Positions 10,318 through 20,701 of a DNA stretch of 64,000 nucleotides are shown in pieces. Made by a program: the position numbers and the translations under genes. This stretch comes from Bacilli bacterium (GTDB taxonomy: Bacteria; Bacillota_I; Bacilli_A; RF39; UBA660), in assembly GCA_016293205.1 (NCBI GenBank), contig JAEDES010000002.1, positions 4,351 to 68,350 on the forward strand, read 5' to 3'. Position 1 is the first letter of the stretch. Every line of letters begins with the position of its first letter. The notes beneath the pieces are model-generated. The model did no database searches. It saw only the letters and a list, made by a program, of their open reading frames with translations, and was not told the DNA's origin.

Positions 10318-10749
10318 TTATTTTTTCTTCTTTAATAAATCTCTAATTTCTTCAAGTAATAAAACTTCATCACTCTTTTTAGCATCTTCTTTTTTCTCTT
10401 CTTTTGTTTCTTCTTTTTTCTTAAATTTTTCAAATAATTTTACCATCATAAAAATAGATAAAGAAATAATTAAGAAATCAATAATTGTTTGAATAAAATT
10501 ACCATATAAAATAGAAGCATCTCCTACTTTAATACTTAATTCAGTAAAATCTAATCCACCAAGTAATACTCCAATTAAAGGCATTAACATATCATTTACT
10601 AAACTAGTAACAATTTTACCAAAAGCACCTCCGACAATAACCCCGACAGCCATATCTACTACATTACCTCTAGATATAAACTTTTTAAAATCTGATGCAC
10701 TTTTCTTTAATTTTTCTAATTCTTTTACTTCTGTTTTCTTATTAGCCAT
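10318..10749 (-). CDS. mscL: Large-conductance mechanosensitive channel
   Basis: 143 aa with FISRGNVVDMAVGVIVGGAFGKIVTSLVNDMLMPLIG, the canonical MscL signature. Confidence 0.9.
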   Translation of the reverse strand: MANKKTEVKELEKLKKSASDFKKFISRGNVVDMAVGVIVGGAFGKIVTSLVNDMLMPLIGVLLGGLDFTELSIKVGDASILYGNFIQTIIDFLIISLSIFMMVKLFEKFKKKEETKEEKKEDAKKSDEVLLLEEIRDLLKKKK

Positions 10750-10806
10750 AATTCACCTCTATAAATAATTTAACTTTATTATAGCAATTCTTATTTATAA
10801 AGCAAG

Positions 10807-10833
10807 AAAAAAGAGCTTATTTATCAAGCTCTT
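10807..10833 (-). terminator. Rho-independent terminator overlapping the ftsH stop codon
   Basis: 8-bp stem AAGAGCTT/AAGCTCTT followed by a U-run on the minus strand. Confidence 0.6.
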
Positions 10834-12775
10834 TTAATATTTCAGCCTTAGATTTTCTGTCGTAATCTTCGATATTCTTTTCTTTAGCCATTTCTCTTAA
10901 TTTAGTAATTGATAAAGATTCTAAGTTTTCATCATCTTCTTCAGGCATTTCACCATGTTCTACTAAATAATCAATTTGTTCTTTTGTTAATGTTTCATAT
11001 TCTAATAAAGTCTCAGCTATTAATTTTAATAAGTCTTTATTCTTCTTAATAATATCAGTAGCTTTCTTATGACATTCATTAACAATTCTTCTTATTTCCA
11101 TATCAATTTCATGAGCAACTTCATTTGAGAAATGTTGAGCCTTATTATAATCCCTTCCTAAGAATACACTTCCATCTTGTTGTTCAAATTGTAATGGTCC
11201 TAAATTACTCATACCATATTCAGTAACCATACTACGAGCAATTTTAGTAGCCTTTTCAAAGTCATTATGTGCTCCAGTAGTAATTTCACCGAAAATAACT
11301 TCTTCAGCAGTTCTACCACCTAATAAACCAGTAATTTGGTCAAGTAAATCAGATTTTGTTGAACATAATTTTTCTTCTTTAGGTACCATCATATTATATC
11401 CACCAGCAGATCCTCTAGGGATAATAGTAACTTTTTGAACTACGTTAGCATTTGCAAGTTTTAAACCAATAACTGCATGTCCTGCTTCATGGTATGCAAC
11501 TAACTTACGATCATTTTCACTATATTTATGAGAAACTTTAGCAGGTCCCATAAGAACTCTATCTGTAGCTTCATCAATTTCACTCATAGTAATTTCATTT
11601 TTATCACGTCTTACAGCAAGTAATGCAGCTTCATTAAGTAAGTTTTCTAAGTCAGCTCCACTAAATCCTGGAGTACGTTTTGCCAAATTCTTTAATGTAA
11701 TTCCTTCAGCAAGAGTCTTATTCTTAGCATGAACACCAAGAATTTCTTCACGTCCTTTTACATCAGGTAAGTTAACAGTAACTTGTCTATCGAATCTTCC
11801 TGGACGAAGTAATGCAGGATCTAATACGTCAGGTCTATTAGTTGCAGCAATAACGATAATTCCTTCATTTGCTCCAAATCCATCCATTTCAGTAAGTAAT
11901 TGGTTAAGTGTTTGTTCACGTTCATCATGACCTCCACCTAAACCAGTACCTCTTTGACGACCAACTGCATCAATTTCATCAATAAAGATTAAACAAGGAG
12001 CATTTCTTTTAGCTTGTTGGAACATATCTCTAACACGAGAAGCACCAACACCTACGAATAATTCTACGAAATCAGATCCACTAATAAAGTAGAATGGAAC
12101 ATCAGCTTCTCCAGCAACCGCTTTTGCAAGTAATGTTTTACCAGTACCAGGAGGCCCAAATAATAATACTCCCTTAGGAATTCTAGCTCCAAGTTTTTGG
12201 AATTTCTTTGGATTCTTTAAGAAATCAATAAGTTCAGCAACTTCTTCTTTTTCTTCTTTTAATCCAGCAACATCTTTAAATGTAACTTTATTTTGATCAG
12301 TAACAAGTTTAGCTCTACTCTTTCCAAAATCCATTGAACTCTTATTTCCAGCTACTTGTCTATTAATAATAAAGAATGCACCAGCTATTAAAATAACAAA
12401 TGGTAATATTTCTAATATTATTACTAAGAATGATGAGGAATCAGGATCATCTTCTGCAACTAATTTAAAATCATATTTTTCACTTGCAGTAATAATCTTT
12501 TTCATAACTTCATCACTTAATGGTAACTTAGCCATGAAATATTCATTTTCTTCATATCCTTTTAGTTTACCAGTTGCCTCATAAGTATAACCACTTACTT
12601 TAGTAACAACTTCTACTTCAGTAATTTTTCCACTATTCATTTCATCAATAAACTCATTATATGTTAACACCGTAACATTTTGATTAGCTACATTGAAGAA
12701 ATAAAACATACCTAACATAATTATCGCAATAAATACATAAGGTAATAATCCTCTTTTTACAGTTCTTTTATCCAT
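10817..12775 (-). CDS. ftsH: ATP-dependent zinc metalloprotease FtsH
   Basis: 652 aa with two N-terminal TM segments, an AAA module ([17 protein letters not shown]) and the HEAGH zinc motif. Confidence 0.97.
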   Translation of the reverse strand: MDKRTVKRGLLPYVFIAIIMLGMFYFFNVANQNVTVLTYNEFIDEMNSGKITEVEVVTKVSGYTYEATGKLKGYEENEYFMAKLPLSDEVMKKIITASEKYDFKLVAEDDPDSSSFLVIILEILPFVILIAGAFFIINRQVAGNKSSMDFGKSRAKLVTDQNKVTFKDVAGLKEEKEEVAELIDFLKNPKKFQKLGARIPKGVLLFGPPGTGKTLLAKAVAGEADVPFYFISGSDFVELFVGVGASRVRDMFQQAKRNAPCLIFIDEIDAVGRQRGTGLGGGHDEREQTLNQLLTEMDGFGANEGIIVIAATNRPDVLDPALLRPGRFDRQVTVNLPDVKGREEILGVHAKNKTLAEGITLKNLAKRTPGFSGADLENLLNEAALLAVRRDKNEITMSEIDEATDRVLMGPAKVSHKYSENDRKLVAYHEAGHAVIGLKLANANVVQKVTIIPRGSAGGYNMMVPKEEKLCSTKSDLLDQITGLLGGRTAEEVIFGEITTGAHNDFEKATKIARSMVTEYGMSNLGPLQFEQQDGSVFLGRDYNKAQHFSNEVAHEIDMEIRRIVNECHKKATDIIKKNKDLLKLIAETLLEYETLTKEQIDYLVEHGEMPEEDDENLESLSITKLREMAKEKNIEDYDRKSKAEILKELDK

Positions 12776-12793
12776 GTAATTTATATTCCCTCC

Positions 12794-14107
12794 TTAACTG
12801 TATTTCAACACAATATCATAACTATCTACTTTTTTCTTATCATATTTAGATTTCTTTATACCAGGAATCCAAACAATCTTACCCTTAGAATCCAATACTA
12901 TCGGCCAAGAATCTCTAGTTTCAAGTTTTATTTTCTTATCTATAAAAATATCTTTAACTTTCTTAGACCCATTCATACCCTTAACATACATCTTATCTCC
13001 AAATTTTCTTGTTCTAACAATTAAAGGTAATGTAATTTCATTACTATCTAGTCTACAAATAAAATTACTATTATCAGAACAATCATCAATTTTTTCAATA
13101 ACATGATTATTAGGTAATAAAACATAGTTATTAAATTCTATTTCATAACTAGTTATTTCATCAGTTTCTTTTTTTAATTCTAACATATTATAACTCTTAA
13201 TAGCAACAACCTCGTTAGGTAAATTAATAAAACTATTCGACTTATTACTATTAATTAAACTAAGTATTAAATCAATATGTTTATCATTCACTAAAATTAA
13301 GTCATCTTGATAAAATTCACTAAGTAAATAGTATAAAATTTCTTTTTGAATATAACTATCTTCTAATATAAATTTATCTAAATTAATTTTATTATTTTCA
13401 AAGACACGATCAATCGCTTTATTACGACTTTTTTCAATAAACTTACTAGCTTCATCTAAAGTCTCACTAAACTTTAAAAATTTATGATGAACATTAACTT
13501 CCTCTTCTTTTAAGAATGGAATTAAATACTTACGATATCTATTTCTTGTATATTTGTCTTTATCATTTGAACTATCAACATAATATTTAACATTATTTTC
13601 ATTAGCATAGTCTTCTAATTCTTTCTTAGTAAAGTGAATTAATGGTCTAACTATCTTATAAGTTCCCATATCTACCACTTCTTTAAATCCACTATAACCA
13701 TTTAAATTAGAACCTCTAACTATTCTCATCATAACAGTTTCAATCAAATCATCTCCATGATGAGCAGTCATTAAATAATTACCATCATATTTATGAATTA
13801 AATTTTCAAAGAAATTATATCTGATATTTCTAGCTTCATTATGAAAATTATCATCACCATATTCTTCAATAACCATTGATTCAAATACAAGATTATTATC
13901 TAAACAATATTGTTTTAAATACTCTGCTTCTTCATAACTTTCTTTTCTAACATTATGATTAACATGAGCAACAACTAATTGTAAATCATATTTCTCTCGT
14001 ACTCTCAATAACATATCAACTAATGCCATCGAATCTGGTCCAGAAGAACATCCAATAACAATTGTATCATTATTTGAAAACTCAAATACTTCATCAATCT
14101 TAATCAT
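12794..14107 (-). CDS. tilS: tRNA(Ile)-lysidine synthase
   Basis: 437 aa with a PP-loop SSGPDS. Lies immediately upstream of ftsH as in Bacillus (hprT absent here). Confidence 0.9.
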   Translation of the reverse strand: MIKIDEVFEFSNNDTIVIGCSSGPDSMALVDMLLRVREKYDLQLVVAHVNHNVRKESYEEAEYLKQYCLDNNLVFESMVIEEYGDDNFHNEARNIRYNFFENLIHKYDGNYLMTAHHGDDLIETVMMRIVRGSNLNGYSGFKEVVDMGTYKIVRPLIHFTKKELEDYANENNVKYYVDSSNDKDKYTRNRYRKYLIPFLKEEEVNVHHKFLKFSETLDEASKFIEKSRNKAIDRVFENNKINLDKFILEDSYIQKEILYYLLSEFYQDDLILVNDKHIDLILSLINSNKSNSFINLPNEVVAIKSYNMLELKKETDEITSYEIEFNNYVLLPNNHVIEKIDDCSDNSNFICRLDSNEITLPLIVRTRKFGDKMYVKGMNGSKKVKDIFIDKKIKLETRDSWPIVLDSKGKIVWIPGIKKSKYDKKKVDSYDIVLKYS

Positions 14108-14164
14108 ACATCCTCCTCATTAGAGCCAATAAATATTATAACAAAAAAAGAGAAAAATTCATAA

Positions 14165-14503
14165 CTATTTCTCAGGTATTTTTATTATAAATTCTCCATC
14201 TTTTGAATATAAATACTTTTCTCTAGCATATCTTGCAACATAATCTGGATCTTGTAATTTATCTGCATCTAATTTAAGTTCATCTTCCTTCTCTCTTAAG
14301 TAAGATAATTCTGCTTCTAATTCTTTCTTTTCACGATATTTTTCAATTATTTCAACCCAATACTTTCCAATAGTGAATATAGTCGCAAGAATAATAATGA
14401 TACTACCAACACCTAAAAGCAAAAATCTTCTAGTCTTTTTAACCTTACTTTTAGAAGTTTTTTTACCAGTTGTTTTAGCATTACCCTTAGACATAATATT
14501 CAC
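14165..14503 (-). CDS. divIC: Septum formation initiator (DivIC/FtsB family)
   Basis: 112 aa with one TM followed by a coiled coil. Follows yabP-yabQ as in Bacillus. Confidence 0.65.
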   Translation of the reverse strand: MNIMSKGNAKTTGKKTSKSKVKKTRRFLLLGVGSIIIILATIFTIGKYWVEIIEKYREKKELEAELSYLREKEDELKLDADKLQDPDYVARYAREKYLYSKDGEFIIKIPEK

Positions 14504-14565
14504 CTACCTTATCACAATATATTATATAGTAATTAAAACAAACAAACAATAAAAGCACTTTACAT

Positions 14566-14835
14566 TTACTTATCTTTTACACAATTTAACAGAAATAAAC
14601 TAGTAAAAACTCCCAAAATAATCATAAATAAGAAATATAAATGAATTATCCCATTATTAATAAATAGTAAAAAGAAAAAATATAGCAAAGAAAAAAACAT
14701 CACATAAAAAAAGGAATATAAAATACTCCATTTATAAAAAAACAAAACTTTTCTAAAAAAGAATAAAAAACATCCAAAAACACATCCAAATACAAAAGAA
14801 TAAATCAAAGAATATATTTGTATATTTAAACTCAT
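14566..14835 (-). CDS. yabQ: Spore cortex biosynthesis protein YabQ
   Basis: 89 aa, very hydrophobic, overlapping the yabP stop by 4 nt. The call rests on position and size. Confidence 0.6.
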   Translation of the reverse strand: MSLNIQIYSLIYSFVFGCVFGCFLFFFRKVLFFYKWSILYSFFYVMFFSLLYFFFLLFINNGIIHLYFLFMIILGVFTSLFLLNCVKDK

Positions 14836-15122
14836 TTAAACAACCTACTAAATATACTTTCTTCTTTTTCTTTTTTAGAACTTTCTTCTACATAATTAAT
14901 ACTATTAACTAACCCCTTAATAGAAACATTACCAGATAAAGTATCTAATTTAACTAATTCTAAACCTTCTCCTTTTACTATCATAAATCCCATTATAGTC
15001 TCTAATATAAATTGATTATTGTCGAAATTTTCAATTTTCTTCACACCTGTAATAACTAAATTTTTTCTTTCAAGCAAACTAATACTATGATTGTAATTAT
15101 TAATACTATTATCTTTATCCAT
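14832..15122 (-). CDS. yabP: Sporulation protein YabP
   Basis: 96 aa with the YabP-like core LVITGVKKIENFDNNQFILETIMGFMIVKGEGLELVKLD. Confidence 0.8.
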   Translation of the reverse strand: MDKDNSINNYNHSISLLERKNLVITGVKKIENFDNNQFILETIMGFMIVKGEGLELVKLDTLSGNVSIKGLVNSINYVEESSKKEKEESIFSRLFK

Positions 15123-15167
15123 ATAAATCCTCCAATAAAATATATGATAAAGATTATTTTTTAGAAC

Positions 15168-15189
15168 AAAAAAAGATGCCTAAGCATCT
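15168..15189 (-). terminator. Rho-independent terminator after spoVG
   Basis: Hairpin AGATGC-(4 nt)-GCATCT followed by a U7 run on the minus strand. Confidence 0.6.
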
Positions 15190-15196
15190 AATTTTA

Positions 15197-15469
15197 CTAT
15201 TCTTCTTCACCTTCTGGAGCTGTTTTATAAGCTTCTAGAATTGATTCTTCAAACATAGCGCGAACTTCAGGATTAATTGGATGAGCGATATCACGGTAAC
15301 CACCTGTAGCTGTCTTTCGGCTAGGCATAGCTATAAATAGTCCGTTATCTCCTTCAATTATACGAATATCATGTACTGCAAAGCTATCATCAAGTAATAC
15401 TGATGCAATTCCCTTCATACGAGAACCTTCTTTTTCAATTTTACGTACATTTACAGATGTAATTTTCAT
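15197..15469 (-). CDS. spoVG: Septation/regulatory protein SpoVG
   Basis: Sequence [40 protein letters not shown]...FIAMPSRK. The start was chosen at the second ATG, 8 nt after the GGGAGG RBS; the ORF track starts 2 codons earlier. Confidence 0.92.
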   Translation of the reverse strand: MKITSVNVRKIEKEGSRMKGIASVLLDDSFAVHDIRIIEGDNGLFIAMPSRKTATGGYRDIAHPINPEVRAMFEESILEAYKTAPEGEEE

Positions 15470-15565
15470 GAACATTTCCTCCCTTTTAAAGTATAATAAC
15501 TTTATACAATAATTTTATACCAAAAACCTTGAAATTGCAACATTTTTTAATATATAGCCCTTATC

Positions 15566-15775
15566 CTACAATATTTCTAAATTACCGATTAATAAATCAC
15601 TATAAGAAAAACTTTTTACAGTACCATTACTATCTAAAATAGTAAAAACAGCAGGATAAATACCAATGATTTTACCAGTAAACTCATCTAGCATATTTCT
15701 AGATCCATGAAAAACAAATTTTCTTTCTACTTCTAAGTTATCTAAAACAAGATTTTTAACTTTATCAATCATCAT
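15566..15775 (-). CDS. veg: Veg protein (biofilm formation stimulator)
   Basis: 69 aa with the Veg-like pattern GKIIGIYPAVFTILD...FSYSDLLIGNLEI, directly after yabG as in Bacillus. Confidence 0.8.
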   Translation of the reverse strand: MMIDKVKNLVLDNLEVERKFVFHGSRNMLDEFTGKIIGIYPAVFTILDSNGTVKSFSYSDLLIGNLEIL

Positions 15776-16536
15776 CTTGGATACCCCACATACATAGTTC
15801 CATTCGTAATAATACCACCTATACCCTCACTACCATACTTTGTCTTTTCAAGTATTTCAATTAAATCAATACTCTTATTCTTATCAGATAATGCTAAAGA
15901 AGAAGCAACAATTGCTGGATCTAAAGCATGGATATTAATACGTTTGGGACTAGATGCAAAATTAGCACCTGCTTTAATTAAGGCCTCATAATTGGATTGA
16001 CAAGCCCCCGCAATAATAATTAATTTATCCTGACTTTTTTCATATTTTCTAGCTTCTTTAACACACATAATAAAATTATCTGTATTTTGATATTCATTCT
16101 CTCTTCTAGAATAAAAAGCATCATGACCAGTCACAACAACAATATCCGGATTATATTCTTCTAACAAGGAACCTATTTTAGATGGCATATCAATCTCATT
16201 TAAACAAATGCCATTTGCTTTAATATTCATTTCTTTATAAAAATTCATACATCTATCTAAATACTCATTATCACCATCAATATGAAGTACACTACCTGGA
16301 ATATAAAAATAAGTAGAACGATCTAGTCTCATTTTACTTACATTTTCTTTTATAATATCTAAATCGCTACTAGAAGTAGCACTACTTTTCATTAAATCCT
16401 TTACAGGAGCATCTGCATATAATCTAACATCTACTCCCTTCAAAAATACAACTTCTGGATTAATATCAACAATCCTAAATAAAATATCATGTTTATGAGA
16501 TATTCTAGTAACCAAATCCCCTATTTTATAATTCAT
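15772..16536 (-). CDS. yabG: Sporulation-specific protease YabG
   Basis: 254 aa containing IGDLVTRISHKHDILFRI, VLHIDGD, VVTGHDA and AGACQSNYEALIKAGANFASSPKRINIHALDP, which closely parallel B. subtilis YabG. Confidence 0.85.
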   Translation of the reverse strand: MNYKIGDLVTRISHKHDILFRIVDINPEVVFLKGVDVRLYADAPVKDLMKSSATSSSDLDIIKENVSKMRLDRSTYFYIPGSVLHIDGDNEYLDRCMNFYKEMNIKANGICLNEIDMPSKIGSLLEEYNPDIVVVTGHDAFYSRRENEYQNTDNFIMCVKEARKYEKSQDKLIIIAGACQSNYEALIKAGANFASSPKRINIHALDPAIVASSLALSDKNKSIDLIEILEKTKYGSEGIGGIITNGTMYVGYPR

Positions 16537-16567
16537 ATAATCACCAATAAATTATATGAATCAAAAT

Positions 16568-16590
16568 AAAAAAAAGAACCTTAGTTCTTT
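16568..16590 (-). terminator. Rho-independent terminator at the nrtR stop codon
   Basis: Hairpin AAAGAAC-(4 nt)-GTTCTTT followed by a U8 run on the minus strand. Confidence 0.6.
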
Positions 16591-17399
16591 TTATATCTAA
16601 ACAATGCCGATGGTCTATGACCTTCTCCACCTTGAACATGTTCAGTCTTTTCAACTTTATCTGCAATAATTCTTCTAAATGCAGGTGCAAGTAATTTTTT
16701 ATTAAGAATAACTTCATATACTTGTTGTAAATCACCTAAAGAGAATAATTCAGGCATCATATTAAATACAACATCAGTATATCCAATCTTATTCTTTAAT
16801 CTTTCAATACCAGCCCATATTACAACAGGATGATCAAATGCTAAAGAATCATTCTCAAGTACTGAAAATTTATATCTATCAGTAGTCTTATCTCTTAATG
16901 TTTTACCAATCTTAAATTTAATAGTTTCATTACCATTATCAAGAATTACTAAAACATCATCTTTTTCTTCAAAATAAGTAATATTAAACCATGATGCATT
17001 ACTATTTAATTTATCCTTTAAACGATTCTTATCAACTAAAGCCATATAAGTAGTTGAAACAACACGCATACGAGGATCTCTATTAATTGATCCATATGTA
17101 TATAATTGTTCTAAATATATATCTTTTAAATTAGTTTCTCTTTCAAGGATTCTAACAGGACAATCTTCTAATTCTTCATGAACATCTAAAAATCCTCCTG
17201 GTAAACACCACTTATCTTTAAATGGATAATCATCTCTTTTTACAAGTAAAACACTCATATACTTTTTACTAGATTTACGATAATTCTCATGTTCTTCATC
17301 ACTAATACTAAAGATTAATATATCTGTAGTCATACTAAGTCTTTCATAATCATCCGGATTATATGCTTTTAAAAACTCTTCTTCACTTTTATACATCAT
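16581..17399 (-). CDS. nrtR: NrtR-type regulator (non-catalytic Nudix domain plus C-terminal winged helix)
   Basis: 272 aa. The N-terminus EEFLKAYNPDDYERLSMTTDILIFSI and the C-terminus LAFDHPVVI...FSLGDLQQVYEVILNKKL..AFRRII match the NrtR architecture. The Nudix box is degenerate (RILERETNL instead of REUXEEXGU). Confidence 0.7.
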   Translation of the reverse strand: MMYKSEEEFLKAYNPDDYERLSMTTDILIFSISDEEHENYRKSSKKYMSVLLVKRDDYPFKDKWCLPGGFLDVHEELEDCPVRILERETNLKDIYLEQLYTYGSINRDPRMRVVSTTYMALVDKNRLKDKLNSNASWFNITYFEEKDDVLVILDNGNETIKFKIGKTLRDKTTDRYKFSVLENDSLAFDHPVVIWAGIERLKNKIGYTDVVFNMMPELFSLGDLQQVYEVILNKKLLAPAFRRIIADKVEKTEHVQGGEGHRPSALFRYKKN

Positions 17400-17435
17400 G
17401 TTAATAACACCTCAAACCTATCATAACATAAAAAG

Positions 17436-17459
17436 AAAAAAAGTACTACTTAGTACTTT
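17436..17459 (-). terminator. Rho-independent terminator at the acyl-CoA ligase stop codon
   Basis: Hairpin AAAGTACT-(4 nt)-AGTACTTT followed by a U-run on the minus strand. Confidence 0.6.
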
Positions 17460-19176
17460 TATTTTCACTCTCAAGTTCACGATAATTTACTTTACCAATT
17501 AAAGTTTTAGGTAAACTTTCTCTAAATTCAAATTCTTTTGGAACCATATAAGCAGCAAGATTCTTTTTACAATAATCTTTAATATCCCCTCTTACTTTCA
17601 TACGATCCTTAACTCCTTCTTTTAAGACAATATACGCTTTTGGTACTTGTACTTTATAAGGATGTGGAATTCCAATAACACCACAGTTTAATACATCAGG
17701 ATGTTTCATTAATACATTTTCAATATGTGATGGGTAAACATTATATCCAGAAACAATAAGCATTCTTTTTAAACGTGAAACATAGAACACAATACCATCT
17801 TCAGTCATATATCCTAAGTCTCCAGTATGAACCCAAATCTTTCCTTTTTTATCCATTTGTAATATTTCATTTGTTTCTACTTCATTATCTAAGTATCCTG
17901 CCATAGTTGCTGGACTATGAACACAAATTTCCCCAGTTTCTCCATAAGGAACTTCTTCCTTAGTATCTGGATTAACAATCTTAATTTCATTACTTGGGAA
18001 TGGAATTCCAATAGAGCCAGGAACAGTTGCATCAAGTATTTGTGCACAAACAGGTCCACCAGTTTCAGTCATACCATAACCTTGAATAATACTTAAATCA
18101 GCACCATGTGCTCTAAAGAATTTATTAACAGCATCATTTTTTTCAGGAACTAAACTATCTCCTCCAGAAATTACATACTTAACATAAGATAAATCCATAT
18201 TATCAAAATGCTTATTTGTAAGTAAAGCCTCATATAAAGTAGGAACTCCCGCTACTATGGTTGGCTTATATGAAGTAAATAATTTATCAAATCTCTTAGC
18301 ATCAAATTGTGGAATTAAAATTACAGTTGCACCCAAACATAAAGCATCATGTACGCATACACATAAGCCAAAACAATGAAACATTGGCAATACTGCAAGC
18401 ATTGAATCACTACTATCGATTTTAGGAAATAAGATAGGTGCTTGCTTAGCTAAAGCGTTAATATTACCATTAGTTAAAACAATATTTTTAGGAGTACCAG
18501 TAGTACCACCACTATGTAAGATTACTGCAGGTTGATCTTTTGTTGTTTTAACAAGAACTTTATTAGTATAATGTTTACCTTTTTCCATAAAGTCATGCCA
18601 ATACATATAAGATTCACTTCGTTTAGGTTTTTCAATCTTTCTACCAGCAGTTAAATTATAACCAAATTTTAATAATGTAGGCATTGAATCACTTGCAGAT
18701 ACAACAATAGTTTTATATACAGCAGTATCCTCAATTATCTCTTTAACCTTTTTATAACTTAAGTTAATTGCAATAAGCATAACACTCTTTGTACTATTTA
18801 AAGAAAACTTAATTTCTTCTTCAGCAGAAAGAGGATGAATTATATTTGCAATTGCCCCAATTTCATTAATTGCATAAAATGCAATGACAGCCTCAGGAGT
18901 ATTAGGCATACAAATCGTAACAACGTCCCCCTCACGAATGCCTTGACTACGTAAAGCCTTTGCACAAATATTAATTTCATTTAAAAATGTACGTCTAGAC
19001 ATCTTTTTATTAAAATAATTAAGTGTAGTCTTATCTAACACATTTTGACTACAATCTCTCATATATTCATAAACAGATACATTAGGTACTTCAATTTCTC
19101 TTTTATCCTTGTCATAATATTTATCCCAAGGATGTTTATATTTCATTTTATTAACCATTTTATCAAATAATTTCAT
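17446..19176 (-). CDS. AMP-dependent acyl-CoA synthetase/ligase (long-chain-fatty-acid--CoA ligase-like)
   Basis: 576 aa with the AMP-binding motif LHSGGTTGTPKNI, plus GYGMTE and GDLGY motifs. Confidence 0.85.
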   Translation of the reverse strand: MKLFDKMVNKMKYKHPWDKYYDKDKREIEVPNVSVYEYMRDCSQNVLDKTTLNYFNKKMSRRTFLNEINICAKALRSQGIREGDVVTICMPNTPEAVIAFYAINEIGAIANIIHPLSAEEEIKFSLNSTKSVMLIAINLSYKKVKEIIEDTAVYKTIVVSASDSMPTLLKFGYNLTAGRKIEKPKRSESYMYWHDFMEKGKHYTNKVLVKTTKDQPAVILHSGGTTGTPKNIVLTNGNINALAKQAPILFPKIDSSDSMLAVLPMFHCFGLCVCVHDALCLGATVILIPQFDAKRFDKLFTSYKPTIVAGVPTLYEALLTNKHFDNMDLSYVKYVISGGDSLVPEKNDAVNKFFRAHGADLSIIQGYGMTETGGPVCAQILDATVPGSIGIPFPSNEIKIVNPDTKEEVPYGETGEICVHSPATMAGYLDNEVETNEILQMDKKGKIWVHTGDLGYMTEDGIVFYVSRLKRMLIVSGYNVYPSHIENVLMKHPDVLNCGVIGIPHPYKVQVPKAYIVLKEGVKDRMKVRGDIKDYCKKNLAAYMVPKEFEFRESLPKTLIGKVNYRELESENKSTK

Positions 19177-19192
19177 TAATTCACCTCATTTT

Positions 19193-19208
19193 TTCAACAC
19201 TTGTTGAA
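19193..19208. promoter_or_regulatory. Candidate TetR operator (16-bp palindrome TTCAACAC-TTGTTGAA)
   Basis: Perfect 7-2-7 inverted repeat in the divergent intergenic region, 17 nt upstream of the acyl-CoA ligase start codon. Confidence 0.4.
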
Positions 19209-19319
19209 TAAATTACAAATGCATTATATAATTAATTCATATGAAAAAACAAGCATCAATATAAGTTAAATTGAAAATTATTAAACAGAAATCACAAAAG
19301 TGTTTAAGAAGAGGTAGTT

Positions 19320-19883
19320 ATGGACAGAAGAACAAAATATACTAAAAAAATAATAAAAGAAACATTTATAAATTTATTAGAACAAAAAGAATTAACAAAA
19401 ATCACAGTAAGTGAAATATGTGAAATAGCCGACATCAATAGAGCAACATTCTATAGATATTATTTAGATGTATATGATTTATTATCAAATATACAAAAAG
19501 AAATTGAAGAAGAATTAAGAAACGCATACCATCCACAATCTGAAACAGATAATACAGTATCAAACTTTTCAAAAGCCTTACTAGAAGTAATGTTAAAAAA
19601 TAAAAAATTAGTAAAAGTACTATTTGATACAAACAACAATATCTTCTTCCTAAATACGATTCTTGAAGTAGCCTATGAAAAATGTAAAGAAAAATGGAAA
19701 AGTTATCTACCAGAACTATCTGATGAAGATATTGAATATGCATCAGTATTTATTTTTAATGGAGCATTAGGAGTTGTAAATTTCTGGGTAAAAAACGATT
19801 TTGATAAAGATATTGATGAAATATCAAATATAATTGAAAGTATAAGTTATTACGGAACACGTAGATTTATATATAAAAAGTAG
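19320..19883 (+). CDS. TetR/AcrR-family transcriptional regulator
   Basis: 187 aa with the N-terminal HTH TVSEICEIADINRATFYRYY. Divergent from the acyl-CoA ligase gene. It is the only clearly real plus-strand gene left of oriC. Confidence 0.85.
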   Translation: MDRRTKYTKKIIKETFINLLEQKELTKITVSEICEIADINRATFYRYYLDVYDLLSNIQKEIEEELRNAYHPQSETDNTVSNFSKALLEVMLKNKKLVKVLFDTNNNIFFLNTILEVAYEKCKEKWKSYLPELSDEDIEYASVFIFNGALGVVNFWVKNDFDKDIDEISNIIESISYYGTRRFIYKK

Positions 19884-19905
19884 GACCAAGTCCTACTTTT
19901 CTTTT
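19875..19905. terminator. Bidirectional terminator between the convergent TetR gene and nadK
   Basis: Perfect 10-bp stem AAAGTAGGAC-CAA-GTCCTACTTT flanked by an A-run and a T-run. It spans both stop codons. Confidence 0.7.
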
Positions 19906-20699
19906 TCCAATAATTTATCATTTACTACTTTTATAAAATGAAAATCATTCATTCTTAAACACTTAATACTCTTTTTAGAGATCTTTGTTTCAATCTTAAT
20001 AACATTTTCTATTTTTTTATTAACTCCATCTATCATAAAGAAAACATTCTTATTATCCTTTGGTACTAAAGATATAATCTTATCACTTGGAACAATAACA
20101 CTATTAACTAAACTTCTATATATCCTATTATTTAAAGGAGCAATCGGTGTAATAGATAAAGTCTTCAAAGTATTATAAATAATACTACCACCAAAACTCA
20201 TATTATAAGCAGTACTTCCAGTACTAGTACTAATAAGTAATCCGTCACCTGTAAAATTCTCTAATAGTTCATTATCTACATAAACATCAAGTTTCATAGT
20301 ATTAAAATCCATATCACGAACAACAATCTCATTTAAAGAATCAAATAAAACCACTTCATCTTCAGTAATAACCTTACTCTCTTGAATACCAATTTCTTCA
20401 ATCTTATAATTATCTGAATTTAGTCTTTTAACAAAATCAGCACATTTATCAATATCTATTTCTTGTAAAAATCCAAGCGTACCACTATTAATTCCAATGT
20501 AATAAATATCTTCATTAAATTTAGTATCTTTAACCATTCTAAGAAAAGATCCATCTCCACCAATTGAAATAGCTAAATCATAATTTCTACTAACAATCTT
20601 AAAATCATATTTTTTTAATTCAAGTTCTAAATCCTTCGCAACTATCTTAGATTTCTCATTATCATTTATAAACAATTTTATCTTATTAATTTTCCTCAT
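19893..20699 (-). CDS. nadK: NAD kinase
   Basis: 268 aa with GGDGSFL and the NEIVV..., STSTGSTAYN motifs of PpnK. Confidence 0.9.
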   Translation of the reverse strand: MRKINKIKLFINDNEKSKIVAKDLELELKKYDFKIVSRNYDLAISIGGDGSFLRMVKDTKFNEDIYYIGINSGTLGFLQEIDIDKCADFVKRLNSDNYKIEEIGIQESKVITEDEVVLFDSLNEIVVRDMDFNTMKLDVYVDNELLENFTGDGLLISTSTGSTAYNMSFGGSIIYNTLKTLSITPIAPLNNRIYRSLVNSVIVPSDKIISLVPKDNKNVFFMIDGVNKKIENVIKIETKISKKSIKCLRMNDFHFIKVVNDKLLEKEK

Positions 20700-20701
20700 A
20701 A

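Noticed and set aside
9701-19743. Antisense or overlapping ORFs 9701-9883, 9899-10126, 16541-16735 and 19435-19743
   Set aside because: Each is embedded in, or overlaps, a confidently assigned gene (dusB, nrtR, TetR) on the opposite strand or in another frame. None has a recognisable motif.
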